Shown: positions 9,366 through 20,465, counted from the first letter of the stretch. The stretch: DNA of 63,123 bases from an uncultured Gammaproteobacteria bacterium (GCA_964569045.1 CAZMSR010000006.1:1-63123); one strand, 5' to 3'. Numbers and translations are program-made. The notes: a model not told the origin generated them from the sequence alone.

Positions 9366-10526
9366 ATGATAGTCAACCATAATATTAAAAAAGTTATTAT
9401 TTTTTCTACTGCTTATTTGCCACTAGTCGGAGGTGCCGAAATTGCTATAAAGGAATTAACAGATAGGCTAGGTGATTATGAATTTGATTTAATTACGGCT
9501 AGGCTTAATGCTAAGTTGCCAAAAAATGAGCGTATTTCTCGGGTAAATGTTTATAGAATTGGCTTTGGAGGTGCGATTGATAAGCTTTTGCTTCCTTTTT
9601 GGGGATGTTTTTTAGCTTTAAGGTTAAACAAGAAGAGAGAATATGATATTATTTGGGCAATAATGGCTTCTTATGGAGGTATTGCTGCAAGTTTTTTTAA
9701 GTTTTTTTGTGCTAAAAAGAAGTTTGTTTTGACTTTGCAAGAAGGGGATGAAGAGAGTCATTTAAAAAGGTATGCTTTTGGTATTTCTTTTTTGTATAGG
9801 TTATTTATTTATCCTTTATATACTCTTCCTATTAGAAGCGCGGATGTTATTCAGGCGATTAGTAATTATTTAAAAGACAGGGCAAGGAAGTCAGGGGCTA
9901 AGTGTGATATTAAAATAGTTCCTAACGGGGTAAATGTTTTTTTGTTTAAAAATAAAGGGAGTGATGTGGGCGCGATACGGAAAGAGCTTGGGTTTGGTAA
10001 GCTAGATAATGTTCTTGTAACGGTATCGCGGTTAGTTAAAAAAAATGCTGTTTTGGATCTTGTTAGGTCTTTATCTTTCTTACCTAACGAGATAAAGTTG
10101 TTAATTATCGGAGAGGGTAATGAAAGAGAGAAGATAAAGAAAGTTGTTAGTGATTTAGGTTTAGAGAAAAGGGTTAAAATTATTGGCTTTGTAAGTCATG
10201 CTAATCTTCCAAAATATTTGCATGCTTCTGATGTTTTTGTTCGTGCGTCTTTGTCAGAGGGGATGGGAAATGCTTTTTTAGAGGCAATGGCAGCTGGTTT
10301 GCCGGTTATTGCAACTCCTGTTGGTGGGATAGTTGATTTTTTAATAGACCAGAAAACCGGATTATTTTGTGATGTTAATAGTCCTGAGTCAATTGCTCAA
10401 GTTGTTCAAAAATTAATTAATAATCCTGAATTAGCTCGCCTAGTTAATAGTAATTCATTTAAAATGGTTAGTGAAAGGTATGATTGGAACAGGCTAGCAG
10501 AGGATATGAGAGAGGTTTTTGTATGA
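9366..10526 (+). CDS. glycosyltransferase family 4
   Basis: GT-B/GT4 C-terminal signature SLSEGMGNAFLEAMAAGLPVIATPVGGIVDFL. Start moved from track GTG 9357 to ATG 9366. Confidence 0.85.
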   Translation: MIVNHNIKKVIIFSTAYLPLVGGAEIAIKELTDRLGDYEFDLITARLNAKLPKNERISRVNVYRIGFGGAIDKLLLPFWGCFLALRLNKKREYDIIWAIMASYGGIAASFFKFFCAKKKFVLTLQEGDEESHLKRYAFGISFLYRLFIYPLYTLPIRSADVIQAISNYLKDRARKSGAKCDIKIVPNGVNVFLFKNKGSDVGAIRKELGFGKLDNVLVTVSRLVKKNAVLDLVRSLSFLPNEIKLLIIGEGNEREKIKKVVSDLGLEKRVKIIGFVSHANLPKYLHASDVFVRASLSEGMGNAFLEAMAAGLPVIATPVGGIVDFLIDQKTGLFCDVNSPESIAQVVQKLINNPELARLVNSNSFKMVSERYDWNRLAEDMREVFV

Positions 10527-11683
10527 GTAATAAAAATATTTTAATTGCAACTGGTATTTATCCGCCTGATATTGGTGGTCCGGCTACTTATGTTAAGATT
10601 CTTGAAGAAGAATTTTCAAGACGTGGTTTTGAGGTTAGAATTATTACTTATGGGGATTCTAAGGGTGTGAAGGATAATAATGGAGCTAGGGTTATTAAAG
10701 TGGATCGTAATCAAAATGTTGTTTTTAGATATATTGATTATTTTTTAGAAGTGCTTAGAAACTTGTCTTGGGCCGAAGCTGTTTATGTTCAGGGTCCGGT
10801 ATCCGAAGGTTTTCCTACTTTTTTGGCTTGCAAAGTGAGGCGAAAAGGGTATATTCTTAAAGTAGTGGGTGATTATGCTTGGGAGCAATTTAGGCAGGTT
10901 AGCGAAAGTTCTGTGAATGTGGAAAATTTTCAAAAGGGTAAGTATAATGTTAAAACAGAATTACACAGAAAAGTTCAAAAGTTAGTTGCAAAAGGGGCTA
11001 AAAAAGTTATTACTCCTAGTAATTATTTAAAAGGTGTAATTAAACAGTGGGGTATTCATGATGAAAAGATAAATGTTATTTATAATGCGGTCAGTGTTCC
11101 GGAAATTAAGAAAGGTAAAAGTACTTTAAAAAGTGAGCTTGGCTTAAAAGGGGATATTATTTTGAGTGCAGGGAGATTGGTTCCCTGGAAAGGGTTTAAC
11201 ACTTTAATTGGCTTAATGCCGGAACTATTAAAGGGGAATGTTAATTTTAAGTTAGTTATTGCAGGGGATGGTCCGGAAAAAAATAGTTTAAAAAGGCAAA
11301 TTAAAAAGTTAAATTTAGAGAAAAGTGTTTTTTTAGCTGGGCAGCTTGAAAAGAATGAGTTGTGGAGATTAATGAAGGCGAGTGATATGTTTGTGCTGAA
11401 TAGTGAGTATGAGGGCTTGTCGCATATTGTAATTGAAGCAATGGTAGTAGGAGTTCCAGTAATTGCGTCCAGTTGTGGTGGTAATTTTGAATTAATAAAA
11501 CATAATTTTACTGGTTTGTTAATTGAATATAATAATAGAGAGCAATTGCAATTAAATATAATTAAGTTATGGCATAATAGGGTGGTGGCAAACGAGATTG
11601 TTAGAAATGCGCAAAATTTATCTTGCGAAAAGTTTTCTAATAATAATATGGTGATTAGTTTAATAGGTGAATTAAATAAATGA
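10523..11683 (+). CDS. glycosyltransferase family 4
   Basis: NSEYEGLSHIVIEAMVVGVPVIASSCGGNFELI. ATG 10523 forms an ATGA overlap with the preceding stop, whereas the track start 10484 lies inside the previous gene. Confidence 0.85.
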   Translation: MSNKNILIATGIYPPDIGGPATYVKILEEEFSRRGFEVRIITYGDSKGVKDNNGARVIKVDRNQNVVFRYIDYFLEVLRNLSWAEAVYVQGPVSEGFPTFLACKVRRKGYILKVVGDYAWEQFRQVSESSVNVENFQKGKYNVKTELHRKVQKLVAKGAKKVITPSNYLKGVIKQWGIHDEKINVIYNAVSVPEIKKGKSTLKSELGLKGDIILSAGRLVPWKGFNTLIGLMPELLKGNVNFKLVIAGDGPEKNSLKRQIKKLNLEKSVFLAGQLEKNELWRLMKASDMFVLNSEYEGLSHIVIEAMVVGVPVIASSCGGNFELIKHNFTGLLIEYNNREQLQLNIIKLWHNRVVANEIVRNAQNLSCEKFSNNNMVISLIGELNK

Positions 11684-12762
11684 AGATTTTAACAATTGGT
11701 TTGGATAATTCTGTTTTGAATAAAAATTCTGGTACTGCCAAAAGGACTGTTGAATATGGGAATTTGGTTGATAAGTATGTGGTAGTTGTTCCAGCTAAAG
11801 AGGATATTGTGGTTGAGCTATCCCCTAAAGTTAGTGTTTATGGAGTTGGGGGAAGAAGTAAGGCGTTAATTTTTTTTAAAATTTTTTTTAAAGCTAATAG
11901 TATTATTAAGAAGGAAAAAATAAATATAATTAGCGTTCAAGATGCTTATTATTTAGCCTTATTGGTTTATATTTTATCTAAAAAATTTAATATTGGTTCA
12001 GAGGTTCAGGTAAGAGGATTTGAGAACAATGCTGGCTTAAGAAAATGTATTGCAAAGCACTTAATAAGAAGATTTAAATCGGTAAAAACTATTTCAAATA
12101 GATTAACTTGTTTAATGATAGGCGATTATGCTGTAGATAGAAATAGAATTACACAAATTCCAATATTTACAGACATTAGTAGGGGGTTAAAATATCAAAG
12201 AGAGTATGATGTAAAGGATGTGTGTAGGTTGTTGACTGTATCTAGATTGGTTCCTGTTAAGAATATAGTTCTTCAAATTAGGGCACTAAAAAATATTATA
12301 GATAATAACGAAAATATTAGAATGGAGCTATTAATTGTGGGAGATGGGCCAGAGAAAAAGAGTTTGCAAGGTTTAGTTAAGCGGTTAAATCTAAATAATT
12401 TGGTAAAGTTTGTTGGATGGCAAAATGAAGTTGAGCGATTTTATAAAGAAGCAGACATTTTTTTATTGACTTCTAATAGTGAAGGTTGGGGTAAGGTAGT
12501 AATTGAGGCAGCGAGCTATGGCTTACCAATTGTAATGACGGATGTGGGCTGCGCTAAAGAGGTTATAAGGAATAATGAGACTGGTATTGTAATTACTGTT
12601 AATAATCAAGAAGAACTAGAGACAGTAATAATTAATTTATATAAAAATAAAGATTTGCGTGAAAGGTTTGGGGTAAAAGTTCGTCAAGTTATTTTGAATC
12701 TTCCAAGTATACAGGAAACTAAAAAAAAGTATATAAAAAGTTGGAAGAATGCCCTTACTTAA
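11680..12762 (+). CDS. glycosyltransferase family 4
   Basis: TSNSEGWGKVVIEAASYGLPIVMTDVGCAKEVI. ATGA overlap with the upstream gene. Confidence 0.8.
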   Translation: MKILTIGLDNSVLNKNSGTAKRTVEYGNLVDKYVVVVPAKEDIVVELSPKVSVYGVGGRSKALIFFKIFFKANSIIKKEKINIISVQDAYYLALLVYILSKKFNIGSEVQVRGFENNAGLRKCIAKHLIRRFKSVKTISNRLTCLMIGDYAVDRNRITQIPIFTDISRGLKYQREYDVKDVCRLLTVSRLVPVKNIVLQIRALKNIIDNNENIRMELLIVGDGPEKKSLQGLVKRLNLNNLVKFVGWQNEVERFYKEADIFLLTSNSEGWGKVVIEAASYGLPIVMTDVGCAKEVIRNNETGIVITVNNQEELETVIINLYKNKDLRERFGVKVRQVILNLPSIQETKKKYIKSWKNALT

Positions 12763-12803
12763 GGGAATATGTGGATATAAAATGTTTTTTGTAAGTAGTT
12801 TTT

Positions 12804-13868
12804 ATGCGATTATTAATTATTACTCAAAAAGTAGATATGAATGCAGATAGTTTGGGTTTTTTTCATAATTGGGTTATTGAGTTTGCTAAAAATTGTGATA
12901 GAGTTACTGTAATATGCCTTAAAAAGGGTTCGTATAAATTACCGGATAATGTAAAAATTTTATCTCTTGGAAAAGAACTTGGGAAATCCAGATTAAAATA
13001 TATTTTTAATTTCTATAGATATATCTGGAAAGAAAGAAATGAGTATGATGATGTTTTCGTGCATATGAATCCGGAATATGTAGTTTTGGGAGGTATTTAT
13101 TGGAGGATATTAGGGAAGAAGGTTGGGCTTTGGTATACGCATAAATCCATTGATCTTAAGTTGGTGATTGCTGAGAAAATTGTTAACATGATTTTTTCAG
13201 CAAGTAAAAAAAGTTTTCGTTTAAAATCAAGCAAAATTAATATAGTAGGGCATGGTATAAATTTTGATATTTTCAAGCCGATTTATAGCAGTAATCCGGT
13301 GAGTGATTATCATGATACGGAATTCAAAATTCTTTCTGTTAGTAGAATTGCTCCGGTTAAAGATTGTGTAACTTTAATAAATGCTATTAATTGTTTAAAT
13401 AAAAATAGCATTAAAATTCAATTGAAAATTGTTGGTAGTCCTCAATTAAAAAAGGATGTCCAATATTTGAAAGATTTAAAGACGTTAATTATTAAAAAAA
13501 AACTTGGAGATGTTATTCGATTTATTGGCTTAGTTCCAAATAGAAAAATTTTAAGTTTTTATCAACAAGCAGATTTATTTGTTAATATGAGTCATACGGG
13601 TAGTTTGGATAAGTCAATTCTTGAAGCTGTTGCATGTAAATTACCGATTCTTACATGCAACGAAGCAGCATTAGATTTGATAGGTAAATATAAGGATGAA
13701 TGTTTTTTTAAAAAAAGAGATTTTAAAGATTTAGCAAGAAAGATAAAGATTCAAATTAATGCTAAAAAAGATTTTAAAAATAAGATGTGTGATGAGCTGT
13801 ACTTTATTGCGTTGAATAAACATAATTTAAAGAAATTGATTAAAAAAATTATAAGTATTTATAAATAA
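12804..13868 (+). CDS. glycosyltransferase family 4
   Basis: N-terminal LLIITQKVDMNADSLGFFHNW and C-terminal MSHTGSLDKSILEAVACKLPILT, a GT-B pattern. Confidence 0.75.
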   Translation: MRLLIITQKVDMNADSLGFFHNWVIEFAKNCDRVTVICLKKGSYKLPDNVKILSLGKELGKSRLKYIFNFYRYIWKERNEYDDVFVHMNPEYVVLGGIYWRILGKKVGLWYTHKSIDLKLVIAEKIVNMIFSASKKSFRLKSSKINIVGHGINFDIFKPIYSSNPVSDYHDTEFKILSVSRIAPVKDCVTLINAINCLNKNSIKIQLKIVGSPQLKKDVQYLKDLKTLIIKKKLGDVIRFIGLVPNRKILSFYQQADLFVNMSHTGSLDKSILEAVACKLPILTCNEAALDLIGKYKDECFFKKRDFKDLARKIKIQINAKKDFKNKMCDELYFIALNKHNLKKLIKKIISIYK

Positions 13869-13882
13869 ATAATTTATTATCA

Positions 13883-14935
13883 ATGAGTAAAAAGATCGCA
13901 ATTGTTTGTGGGGCTAGACCAAATTTTATGAAAGTGGCACCACTCTGCAAGACGTTAAAAGAAAAGTGCGTGGAATATTGTTTAATAAATACTGGACAAC
14001 ATTTTGATTTTGAAATGTCTCAAGCTTTTTTTGATGAATTTAACATCAAGCCCGATTATAATTTATCTCCTTCAAAAATTTCTGCTATCAAGCAATTCTC
14101 GGATATTATATGTGATCTAGAAAGAATCTATCAAAAAGAGAAAATTGATTTAGTTGTTGTAGTAGGAGATGTTAACTCAACTCTGGCTGGTGCTATTGTT
14201 GCTAACAAACTGAATATTAAATTAGTTCATATTGAGGCAGGATTAAGGTCCCATAATAAGAGTATGCCAGAGGAGCATAATAGAGTTATGGTGGATCATA
14301 TTTCAGATTTTCTTTTTACTACAACAGAAGATGGTAATAAGAATTTAAAAAAGGAAGGTATTCAAGACGGTATGTATTTTGTCGGAAATATTATGATTGA
14401 CACTTTAACTTCTTTTTTGCCTCAAGTTAAGAGTGCTAATGAGGATTATTATTTTTGTACACTTCATCGGGCTGAAAATATTGATAATAAAGAAATTTTT
14501 TTAAATATATTAGAGGCATTAGAGGAGATATCTCGTGAAAATAGTATATATTTACCACTACACCCAAGAACAAAAAAAATGGCCGAAAAATTTAATTATA
14601 TAGATAAGTTAAGAGGGATATTTGACATATTGCCGCCGCTTAGTTATGCAGATTCTTTATTTTATCAAAAGAATGCCAAGCTTATATTAACAGATTCTGG
14701 TGGAATTCAAGAAGAGGCTAGTTTTTTAGGGGTTCCGTGTATTACGTTACGTAAAGAAACAGAAAGACCTATTACTGTTGAACTTGGTACAAATTCTATT
14801 GGTGGTGTATCAAAAGGGTCAATTTTAGACGAGTACGGAAAGAAGCGGTTAGTTAAAAAAAATATAACAATACCATTGTGGGATGGCCAGGCAAATTTGA
14901 GAATTTTTAATATCATTAAAAAATCTTTGTTATGA
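13883..14935 (+). CDS. wecB: UDP-N-acetylglucosamine 2-epimerase (non-hydrolysing)
   Basis: IAIVCGARPNFMKVAPL, HIEAGLRS, PEEHNRVMVDHIS, LTDSGGIQEEASFLGVPCITLRKETERP. Confidence 0.85.
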   Translation: MSKKIAIVCGARPNFMKVAPLCKTLKEKCVEYCLINTGQHFDFEMSQAFFDEFNIKPDYNLSPSKISAIKQFSDIICDLERIYQKEKIDLVVVVGDVNSTLAGAIVANKLNIKLVHIEAGLRSHNKSMPEEHNRVMVDHISDFLFTTTEDGNKNLKKEGIQDGMYFVGNIMIDTLTSFLPQVKSANEDYYFCTLHRAENIDNKEIFLNILEALEEISRENSIYLPLHPRTKKMAEKFNYIDKLRGIFDILPPLSYADSLFYQKNAKLILTDSGGIQEEASFLGVPCITLRKETERPITVELGTNSIGGVSKGSILDEYGKKRLVKKNITIPLWDGQANLRIFNIIKKSLL

Positions 14936-16083
14936 GAATTGGGATGTTTTTAAATAATAGTCATAATATTGATGGGCGCGTTTACAAGGAGTGTGTTACT
15001 TTGACTGAAGCAGGTCACAGTTGCATTGTTTTAGGCTTATATAACAAGAAATTGCCAAATGAAGAAAATATTGGTGGAGCTAAGGTTGTTCGCTTGGTGC
15101 GATGGCCAAAATTAAAAATTCCAATTATTAGACAATTTTTGTATACGTATAATTGGGTTAAGGTAGGTATTAAACTAGATGTAGACGTGTATCATGCTCA
15201 TGATGCCAGTACATTATTAGAGGCTGTAATGTGCTCAGTAATAAAAAAAAAGAAATTAGTATATGATTCTCATGAGTTATTTTTGAATATAGCTTCACTC
15301 GAGAGAAAAAAAATTGTTAAATTTATTTGGTGGTTGAAGGAGAGTTTTTCTTTAAAAAAGGTTAGTTGTGTTATAAGCGCAAATTTAGAAAGAAGTAAGA
15401 TATTGAAACTAAGATATCCGCAAATCAAAAATTCTTTTGTTCTTGAAAATTTTCCGCTTAAAGAAATTGGCGAAACTCGCAATTACGATGCATCACGCAA
15501 AGCAATGAGAGCTAAATTAAATATTTTAGAAGATGATGTAGTTTTTGTTTTTCAGGGGGCATTAAGTAGAAATAGAGGTTTAGAAGATTTATTAAAAGCA
15601 TTACCTTTGTGCGATAATTTGAGTAAAAGAAAATTTTTGATAATAGGGGATGGAAGTTATAAAAAAGAATTTGAAAAAAAAATAAAAAATCATGCCTATA
15701 ATAATTTTATTTTTACAGGTAAAATAAATTACAAAGAGTTGCCAAGTTATTTGGTGGCAGGAGATATTGGGCTAATTTATTTTCCTCCAATATGTTTGAA
15801 TTATATCTTTGCTGCCCCAAATAAGCTTTATGAGTACATGTTAAATCGTTTGGCAATAGTCTCTGGTAACACTCCTACAGTAGTTAATGTGATCAATAGA
15901 TTAAAGAATGGGTTAATAGTTTATGAAGATTCATCAGAAGATTTTGCTAAAGTTATATGCAAGATGAGCGAAGATAAGGATCAGTTGCAAAAAATGAAAG
16001 AAGTGAGTTATCGCAATGCATTAAAATATTATACATGGGAAAAGCAAGAGAGTAAGTTTATCAAAATGTATGAAAATATCTAA
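14932..16083 (+). CDS. glycosyltransferase family 4
   Basis: 383-aa GT-B-like ORF (HAHDASTLLEAV, PNKLYEYMLNRLAIV). ATGA overlap with wecB. Confidence 0.75.
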   Translation: MRIGMFLNNSHNIDGRVYKECVTLTEAGHSCIVLGLYNKKLPNEENIGGAKVVRLVRWPKLKIPIIRQFLYTYNWVKVGIKLDVDVYHAHDASTLLEAVMCSVIKKKKLVYDSHELFLNIASLERKKIVKFIWWLKESFSLKKVSCVISANLERSKILKLRYPQIKNSFVLENFPLKEIGETRNYDASRKAMRAKLNILEDDVVFVFQGALSRNRGLEDLLKALPLCDNLSKRKFLIIGDGSYKKEFEKKIKNHAYNNFIFTGKINYKELPSYLVAGDIGLIYFPPICLNYIFAAPNKLYEYMLNRLAIVSGNTPTVVNVINRLKNGLIVYEDSSEDFAKVICKMSEDKDQLQKMKEVSYRNALKYYTWEKQESKFIKMYENI

Positions 16084-16759
16084 TTCTATTAAATATTTCA
16101 AAAAGAATCTAGCGTATATCTTTTCTAAAAAGGAATTTGTTTTAGACGAGTTTAATTATGATTTGGAGTGGAGTAAGGATAAAAAATTTGAGAATAATCC
16201 TCGCTTTTTGGCTATTGGTAGCGTTATTGATTCACAATGTTCAGTTTTAGATTTGGGTTGTGGGAAAGGCGAGTTATTGAATTTTTTAAAAAAAGAGAAG
16301 ATGGTATTGAAATTGATGGGGGTTGATGGCTCGGCTGTTGGGGTGGAGATGTGCAACGAAAAAGGTATCCCAGTAATTAAAAGTGAATTGTTAAGCGTTG
16401 ATTATTCTAGTTTAGAGAATTATGATTACGTGATATTATCTGAGGTTATCGAGCATATTAGGGATTGCGAAAAGATGATGCTGAAATTAAAGAAGTTGTT
16501 TAATAGGAGGTTGATAGTTACTATACCTAATATTGGATATATTTGGTATCGCTTGCGACTATTATTTGGTAGATTTCCAGTTGATGAAAATAGGCCGCCT
16601 CAAAATCATATAAGGTTTTGGACGCAGAAAGATTTTTTAATATGGGCAAAGCAACTTGGCTTTGAAGTTCAGTTAGTTAGAGGTTGCGGTGGTTTTCCTA
16701 TTTTGTGGAAATATTGGCCAAGCTTATTTTCAAGAAATAATTTATATTTATTAAAATAA
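16070..16759 (+). CDS. class I SAM-dependent methyltransferase (MetW-like)
   Basis: Motif I SVLDLGCGKGELL, YDYVILSEVIEHI, LIVTIPN. Confidence 0.75.
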   Translation: MKISNSIKYFKKNLAYIFSKKEFVLDEFNYDLEWSKDKKFENNPRFLAIGSVIDSQCSVLDLGCGKGELLNFLKKEKMVLKLMGVDGSAVGVEMCNEKGIPVIKSELLSVDYSSLENYDYVILSEVIEHIRDCEKMMLKLKKLFNRRLIVTIPNIGYIWYRLRLLFGRFPVDENRPPQNHIRFWTQKDFLIWAKQLGFEVQLVRGCGGFPILWKYWPSLFSRNNLYLLK

Positions 16760-16762
16760 ATT

Positions 16763-17620
16763 ATGAGCACAAAAGATGAGTATGAAAGAGAATTAAAAAG
16801 ATATGTTTTTAGAGGTGTTGATATTTGGTCAAGAGCGAAAGCGAAGCAAGAGCAGCGGTATAAAGAGCATTATTATCAAGAGAGAAATTTAAACGATATT
16901 GTGGAAAAAATTGAAAGTCAGGTTGGTTTACTAAAAAATAAGAGGGTTTTAGAGATTGGAAGTGGAACTGGTGGCTTAAGTGTTGCTTTGGCACTTAGGG
17001 GGGCAGAGTTATTCGGAGTTGAGCCTGAGGAGTCAGGAGTAAACGCTTCGCAGCTTCGAGCAAAAAGATATAGTAATATCAGAGCAGCATTTGCTGTTGG
17101 TTTTGGTGAATCTTTGAATTACAAAAATGATTATTTTGATATTGTGCTAATATTGCAAGTTATTGAGCATGTTAAAGAGCCAAAAAAAGTTGTGAGCGAG
17201 ATATGTCGTGTTCTAAAGCCAGGTGGTGCCTGTTATTTAGAGGCTCCAAACTATTTATGGCCAGTAGAGCGTCACTATAAGATTTTTTATCCTCCATTGC
17301 TCCCTAAGAAATTAGCAAAAATTTACTTAAAGTTGAGAGGAAAAAATCCTTTAGAAATTGACAATATCAACTATGTAACTCCTAAAAAAGTTAAAAGATA
17401 TTTTAATGATGCTGGATTTAAGAGTGTTGAGAATATTTTATATAATGATGTAAAAGAGAGACTAAATAATCCGAATAAAATGAGTTACAGTAAGCTATTG
17501 AAGAGACTGTTAATTTATTTGTACAAATATAATGTATTGTATAAGAGTGTGTTGTCAATATTTAATGTATTTTTGAAAGTCGGGTTCTACCCAAGTCTTA
17601 AATTTAAGGCTACAAAATAA
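16763..17620 (+). CDS. class I SAM-dependent methyltransferase
   Basis: VLEIGSGTGGLSVALA, FDIVLILQVIEHVKEP, LKPGGACYLEAPN. Confidence 0.8.
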   Translation: MSTKDEYERELKRYVFRGVDIWSRAKAKQEQRYKEHYYQERNLNDIVEKIESQVGLLKNKRVLEIGSGTGGLSVALALRGAELFGVEPEESGVNASQLRAKRYSNIRAAFAVGFGESLNYKNDYFDIVLILQVIEHVKEPKKVVSEICRVLKPGGACYLEAPNYLWPVERHYKIFYPPLLPKKLAKIYLKLRGKNPLEIDNINYVTPKKVKRYFNDAGFKSVENILYNDVKERLNNPNKMSYSKLLKRLLIYLYKYNVLYKSVLSIFNVFLKVGFYPSLKFKATK

Positions 17621-17643
17621 TATTAAAGTCAATAATAATTGTA

Positions 17644-18765
17644 ATGAAGATTATCTATATTGCCAATGCCAGGATACCTACTGAGAAAGCTCACGGTCTG
17701 CAAATTGCTAAAATGTGTGAGGCTTTTGCGCAAAGCAAGAATGTTGATTTAACTCTGCTTATTCCTAAGAGAAAAAAAGACCTAAAGCAGGATCTTTTTA
17801 GTTATTATGATGTTGAAAAAATATTTAAAGTTAAAAGAATTGGATACCTAAATCCGAAATTCTATTTGTTAAGTACTTTTATTTATTTATGTAGTGTGCA
17901 GCTTTACCTGATTCGAGAATTTTTGAAAAATATAAAAAGAAGAAAAAAAATTGTAATATATACTCGAGGTGAGTTAGTTATTTTTTTAGCCAACTTTAGT
18001 TTATTTTTTCCAATTATCTGGGAATCACATATTAAGCCTTCAAAAATGTGGTTATATAAAAATGTATTCAAGAGAGTTGCAGGTATTGTAACTGTTACAA
18101 GTTGTTACTACAATGAGTTGGCTCAAAGACATGGTGTTAATGGTGAAAGGATGCTCTATTGGCCTGATGGTGTGAATTTAAAGAGTTTTAAAAGGGAGTT
18201 TTCCAAAGATGAAGCAAGAGTTATATTGAAATTGCCTAAAAATAAAAAGATCATTGTTTACGTAGGGTCTGATTTAATATGGAAAGGCTTAAGTGTTTTA
18301 AAAAAAGTTAGTCATTCTTTGTCCGATGATTATTTAATTCTTTTCATTGGTAATATAAGTGGGAATGGTATTAATGAGAGGAGTAGAACGATTGGTTACA
18401 AAAAAAATAAAGAGGTAGCTATTTACATGAAAGCTGCCGATGCTTTAATATTAACAGGAGATATAAATTTTAAAGAAGCGCGGTATTATACATCTCCATT
18501 AAAACTTTTTGAATATATGGCATCAGATCGCCCTATTATAGCCTCTGATTTACCATCTTTTAGGGATGTTTTAAATAATAATAATTCTGTTTTAGTAGAA
18601 TCAAATAATGCTGAATCATTAATTCAGGCAATAAGACGCATTATTAATAATGAAGATTTTGGCAAAAGGATAGCCACAACAGCTCACAGAAATGTAGAAA
18701 AATATAGTTGGGATAATAGGGCAAAAAATATATTAAATTTTATCAACGAAAGGCTGTATGCTTAA
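17644..18765 (+). CDS. glycosyltransferase family 4
   Basis: MKIIYIANARIPTEKAHGLQIAKMCEAF N-terminus and SPLKLFEYMASDRPIIASDLPSFRDVL C-terminal motif. Confidence 0.75.
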   Translation: MKIIYIANARIPTEKAHGLQIAKMCEAFAQSKNVDLTLLIPKRKKDLKQDLFSYYDVEKIFKVKRIGYLNPKFYLLSTFIYLCSVQLYLIREFLKNIKRRKKIVIYTRGELVIFLANFSLFFPIIWESHIKPSKMWLYKNVFKRVAGIVTVTSCYYNELAQRHGVNGERMLYWPDGVNLKSFKREFSKDEARVILKLPKNKKIIVYVGSDLIWKGLSVLKKVSHSLSDDYLILFIGNISGNGINERSRTIGYKKNKEVAIYMKAADALILTGDINFKEARYYTSPLKLFEYMASDRPIIASDLPSFRDVLNNNNSVLVESNNAESLIQAIRRIINNEDFGKRIATTAHRNVEKYSWDNRAKNILNFINERLYA

Positions 18766-19357
18766 TCCAATAAGTCATAAAATTTATACAAAAAGCGGGA
18801 TTGTTAAAGAAGATGTTTTTGTGAATAAAAAGGTTCTACATCTTGGTTGTGGTAATAGTAAATTGAAAGGTGCTATTGGGGTTGATCGTTTGAGTTTGGC
18901 CGATGTTGATATTGTTCAGGATTTAGATAAAAAAAAATGGGCTTTTGAGGATAGTAGCTATGATATAGTATTTGCTCAAAGTTTGGTTGAGCATATTGAT
19001 GACTTAGTTGGTTTTTTTGAAGAAGTATGGCGTATTGGGAAAAATGGCGCTAGAGTAGTTATTGGTGTACCATATTTCCGTTCAATCGATAGTTTTGCTG
19101 ACCCAACACATAGGCATTTTTTTACTGCTAGATCCATGGATTATTTTATAGATGGCACGAAATTGTCTAATTATTCCTATAGTAGTTTTAAATTTGAGAA
19201 AATAGGTTTTTGGTATGGTTGGCCCCAAAGGTCCAATAATTTATTAGTAAATTATTTTAAGAGTTTTATTTTAGGGTACTCAAAATTTTATGATCAATAT
19301 TTGTCATTAATATTTCCTGTAAAAATATTAGTATGGGAATTAGAAGTAAAAAAGTAA
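18758..19357 (+). CDS. class I SAM-dependent methyltransferase
   Basis: VLHLGCGNSKL, YDIVFAQSLVEHIDD, GKNGARVVIGVPY. Confidence 0.7.
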   Translation: MLNPISHKIYTKSGIVKEDVFVNKKVLHLGCGNSKLKGAIGVDRLSLADVDIVQDLDKKKWAFEDSSYDIVFAQSLVEHIDDLVGFFEEVWRIGKNGARVVIGVPYFRSIDSFADPTHRHFFTARSMDYFIDGTKLSNYSYSSFKFEKIGFWYGWPQRSNNLLVNYFKSFILGYSKFYDQYLSLIFPVKILVWELEVKK

Positions 19358-19361
19358 TAAA

Positions 19362-20465
19362 ATGAGAATAGGAATAGTTACAAGTTATCATCACAAGAAT
19401 AAATCTGGTTTAGGTCGGTTTTTTTTAGAGTTACTGAAAGCTTTTGGTGAGTTTGATGAAAAAAATCAATATTTAATTTATGTAAGAGATAGTAATGATA
19501 TAAATATTATTTTAAATCATTTAAAGATTAAAAATGTTAAAGCAGTAAAAGTTGGAGGTGGATTTTTGTGGAAAGAGATTGGTTTATATTTTGCTCCGAA
19601 ATCAGATGTATATTTATTTAATGGACCATTTGCTTCATTTTGTTTTAACCCAGATAAAAGTATTGTTTTGGTTTATGATTTTGCGTATAAATATTTTGGT
19701 AAAAAAAAATTATTTTCAATAATTAAAAAGAAGATAAGTGATTTATTGTCTGCATTGATGTTTAAGCGAGCGAGTAAAATTGTTGCGATCTCTAATAAGA
19801 CAAAAAAAGAGATTATTAAATTTTTTTCAGTAGAAAGTAATAAAATTGAAGTAATTTATCCTGGGGCAATCCTGCTGGAAGATGTTAGTGATGGGGAATT
19901 TCTAAATTGTCCAAAAAAATTTTTTTTATACGTGGGTGCTATAAAAGAAAGAAAAAATGTTCTTAACCTTGTAAAGGCATATGAGTTGTTTTACAGATCT
20001 GTTGATTCTGGATATAAGCTTGTCATTACTGGTAATTTTAATAAAGAATCAAGCTATTGCAAGGAGATTTTTGACTTTATAAGCGAGAAAGGTATTCAAG
20101 ATTGCGTTATATTCACTGGGCATGTTAGTGATAACACTTTAAAGGTTTTGTATAAGAGAGCGTCTGTATTTATTTTTATATCTTTGTTGGAAGGGTTTGG
20201 TTTTACTGTTTTGGAGGCAATGAATTATGGACTACCTGTTATAACTTCTAATAGGGGCTCATTAGCTGAGATTGTCGATGACGCAGCCCTTCTGGTTGAC
20301 CCAAAAAACACTGCTCAGATTTCTAGTGCAATGGAAAAGTCTGTTGTAGACAGTGCTTTGATGAATGATTTAAGCTCGAGGGGTCGTGTTCAAGTAAGTA
20401 AGTTTACATGGGAAATAACAGCAATAAGATTTGTTAATTTATTTGATCAAACTAAGAAACTATGA
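19362..20465 (+). CDS. glycosyltransferase family 4
   Basis: ISLLEGFGFTVLEAMNYGLPVITSNRGSLAEIV. Confidence 0.85.
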   Translation: MRIGIVTSYHHKNKSGLGRFFLELLKAFGEFDEKNQYLIYVRDSNDINIILNHLKIKNVKAVKVGGGFLWKEIGLYFAPKSDVYLFNGPFASFCFNPDKSIVLVYDFAYKYFGKKKLFSIIKKKISDLLSALMFKRASKIVAISNKTKKEIIKFFSVESNKIEVIYPGAILLEDVSDGEFLNCPKKFFLYVGAIKERKNVLNLVKAYELFYRSVDSGYKLVITGNFNKESSYCKEIFDFISEKGIQDCVIFTGHVSDNTLKVLYKRASVFIFISLLEGFGFTVLEAMNYGLPVITSNRGSLAEIVDDAALLVDPKNTAQISSAMEKSVVDSALMNDLSSRGRVQVSKFTWEITAIRFVNLFDQTKKL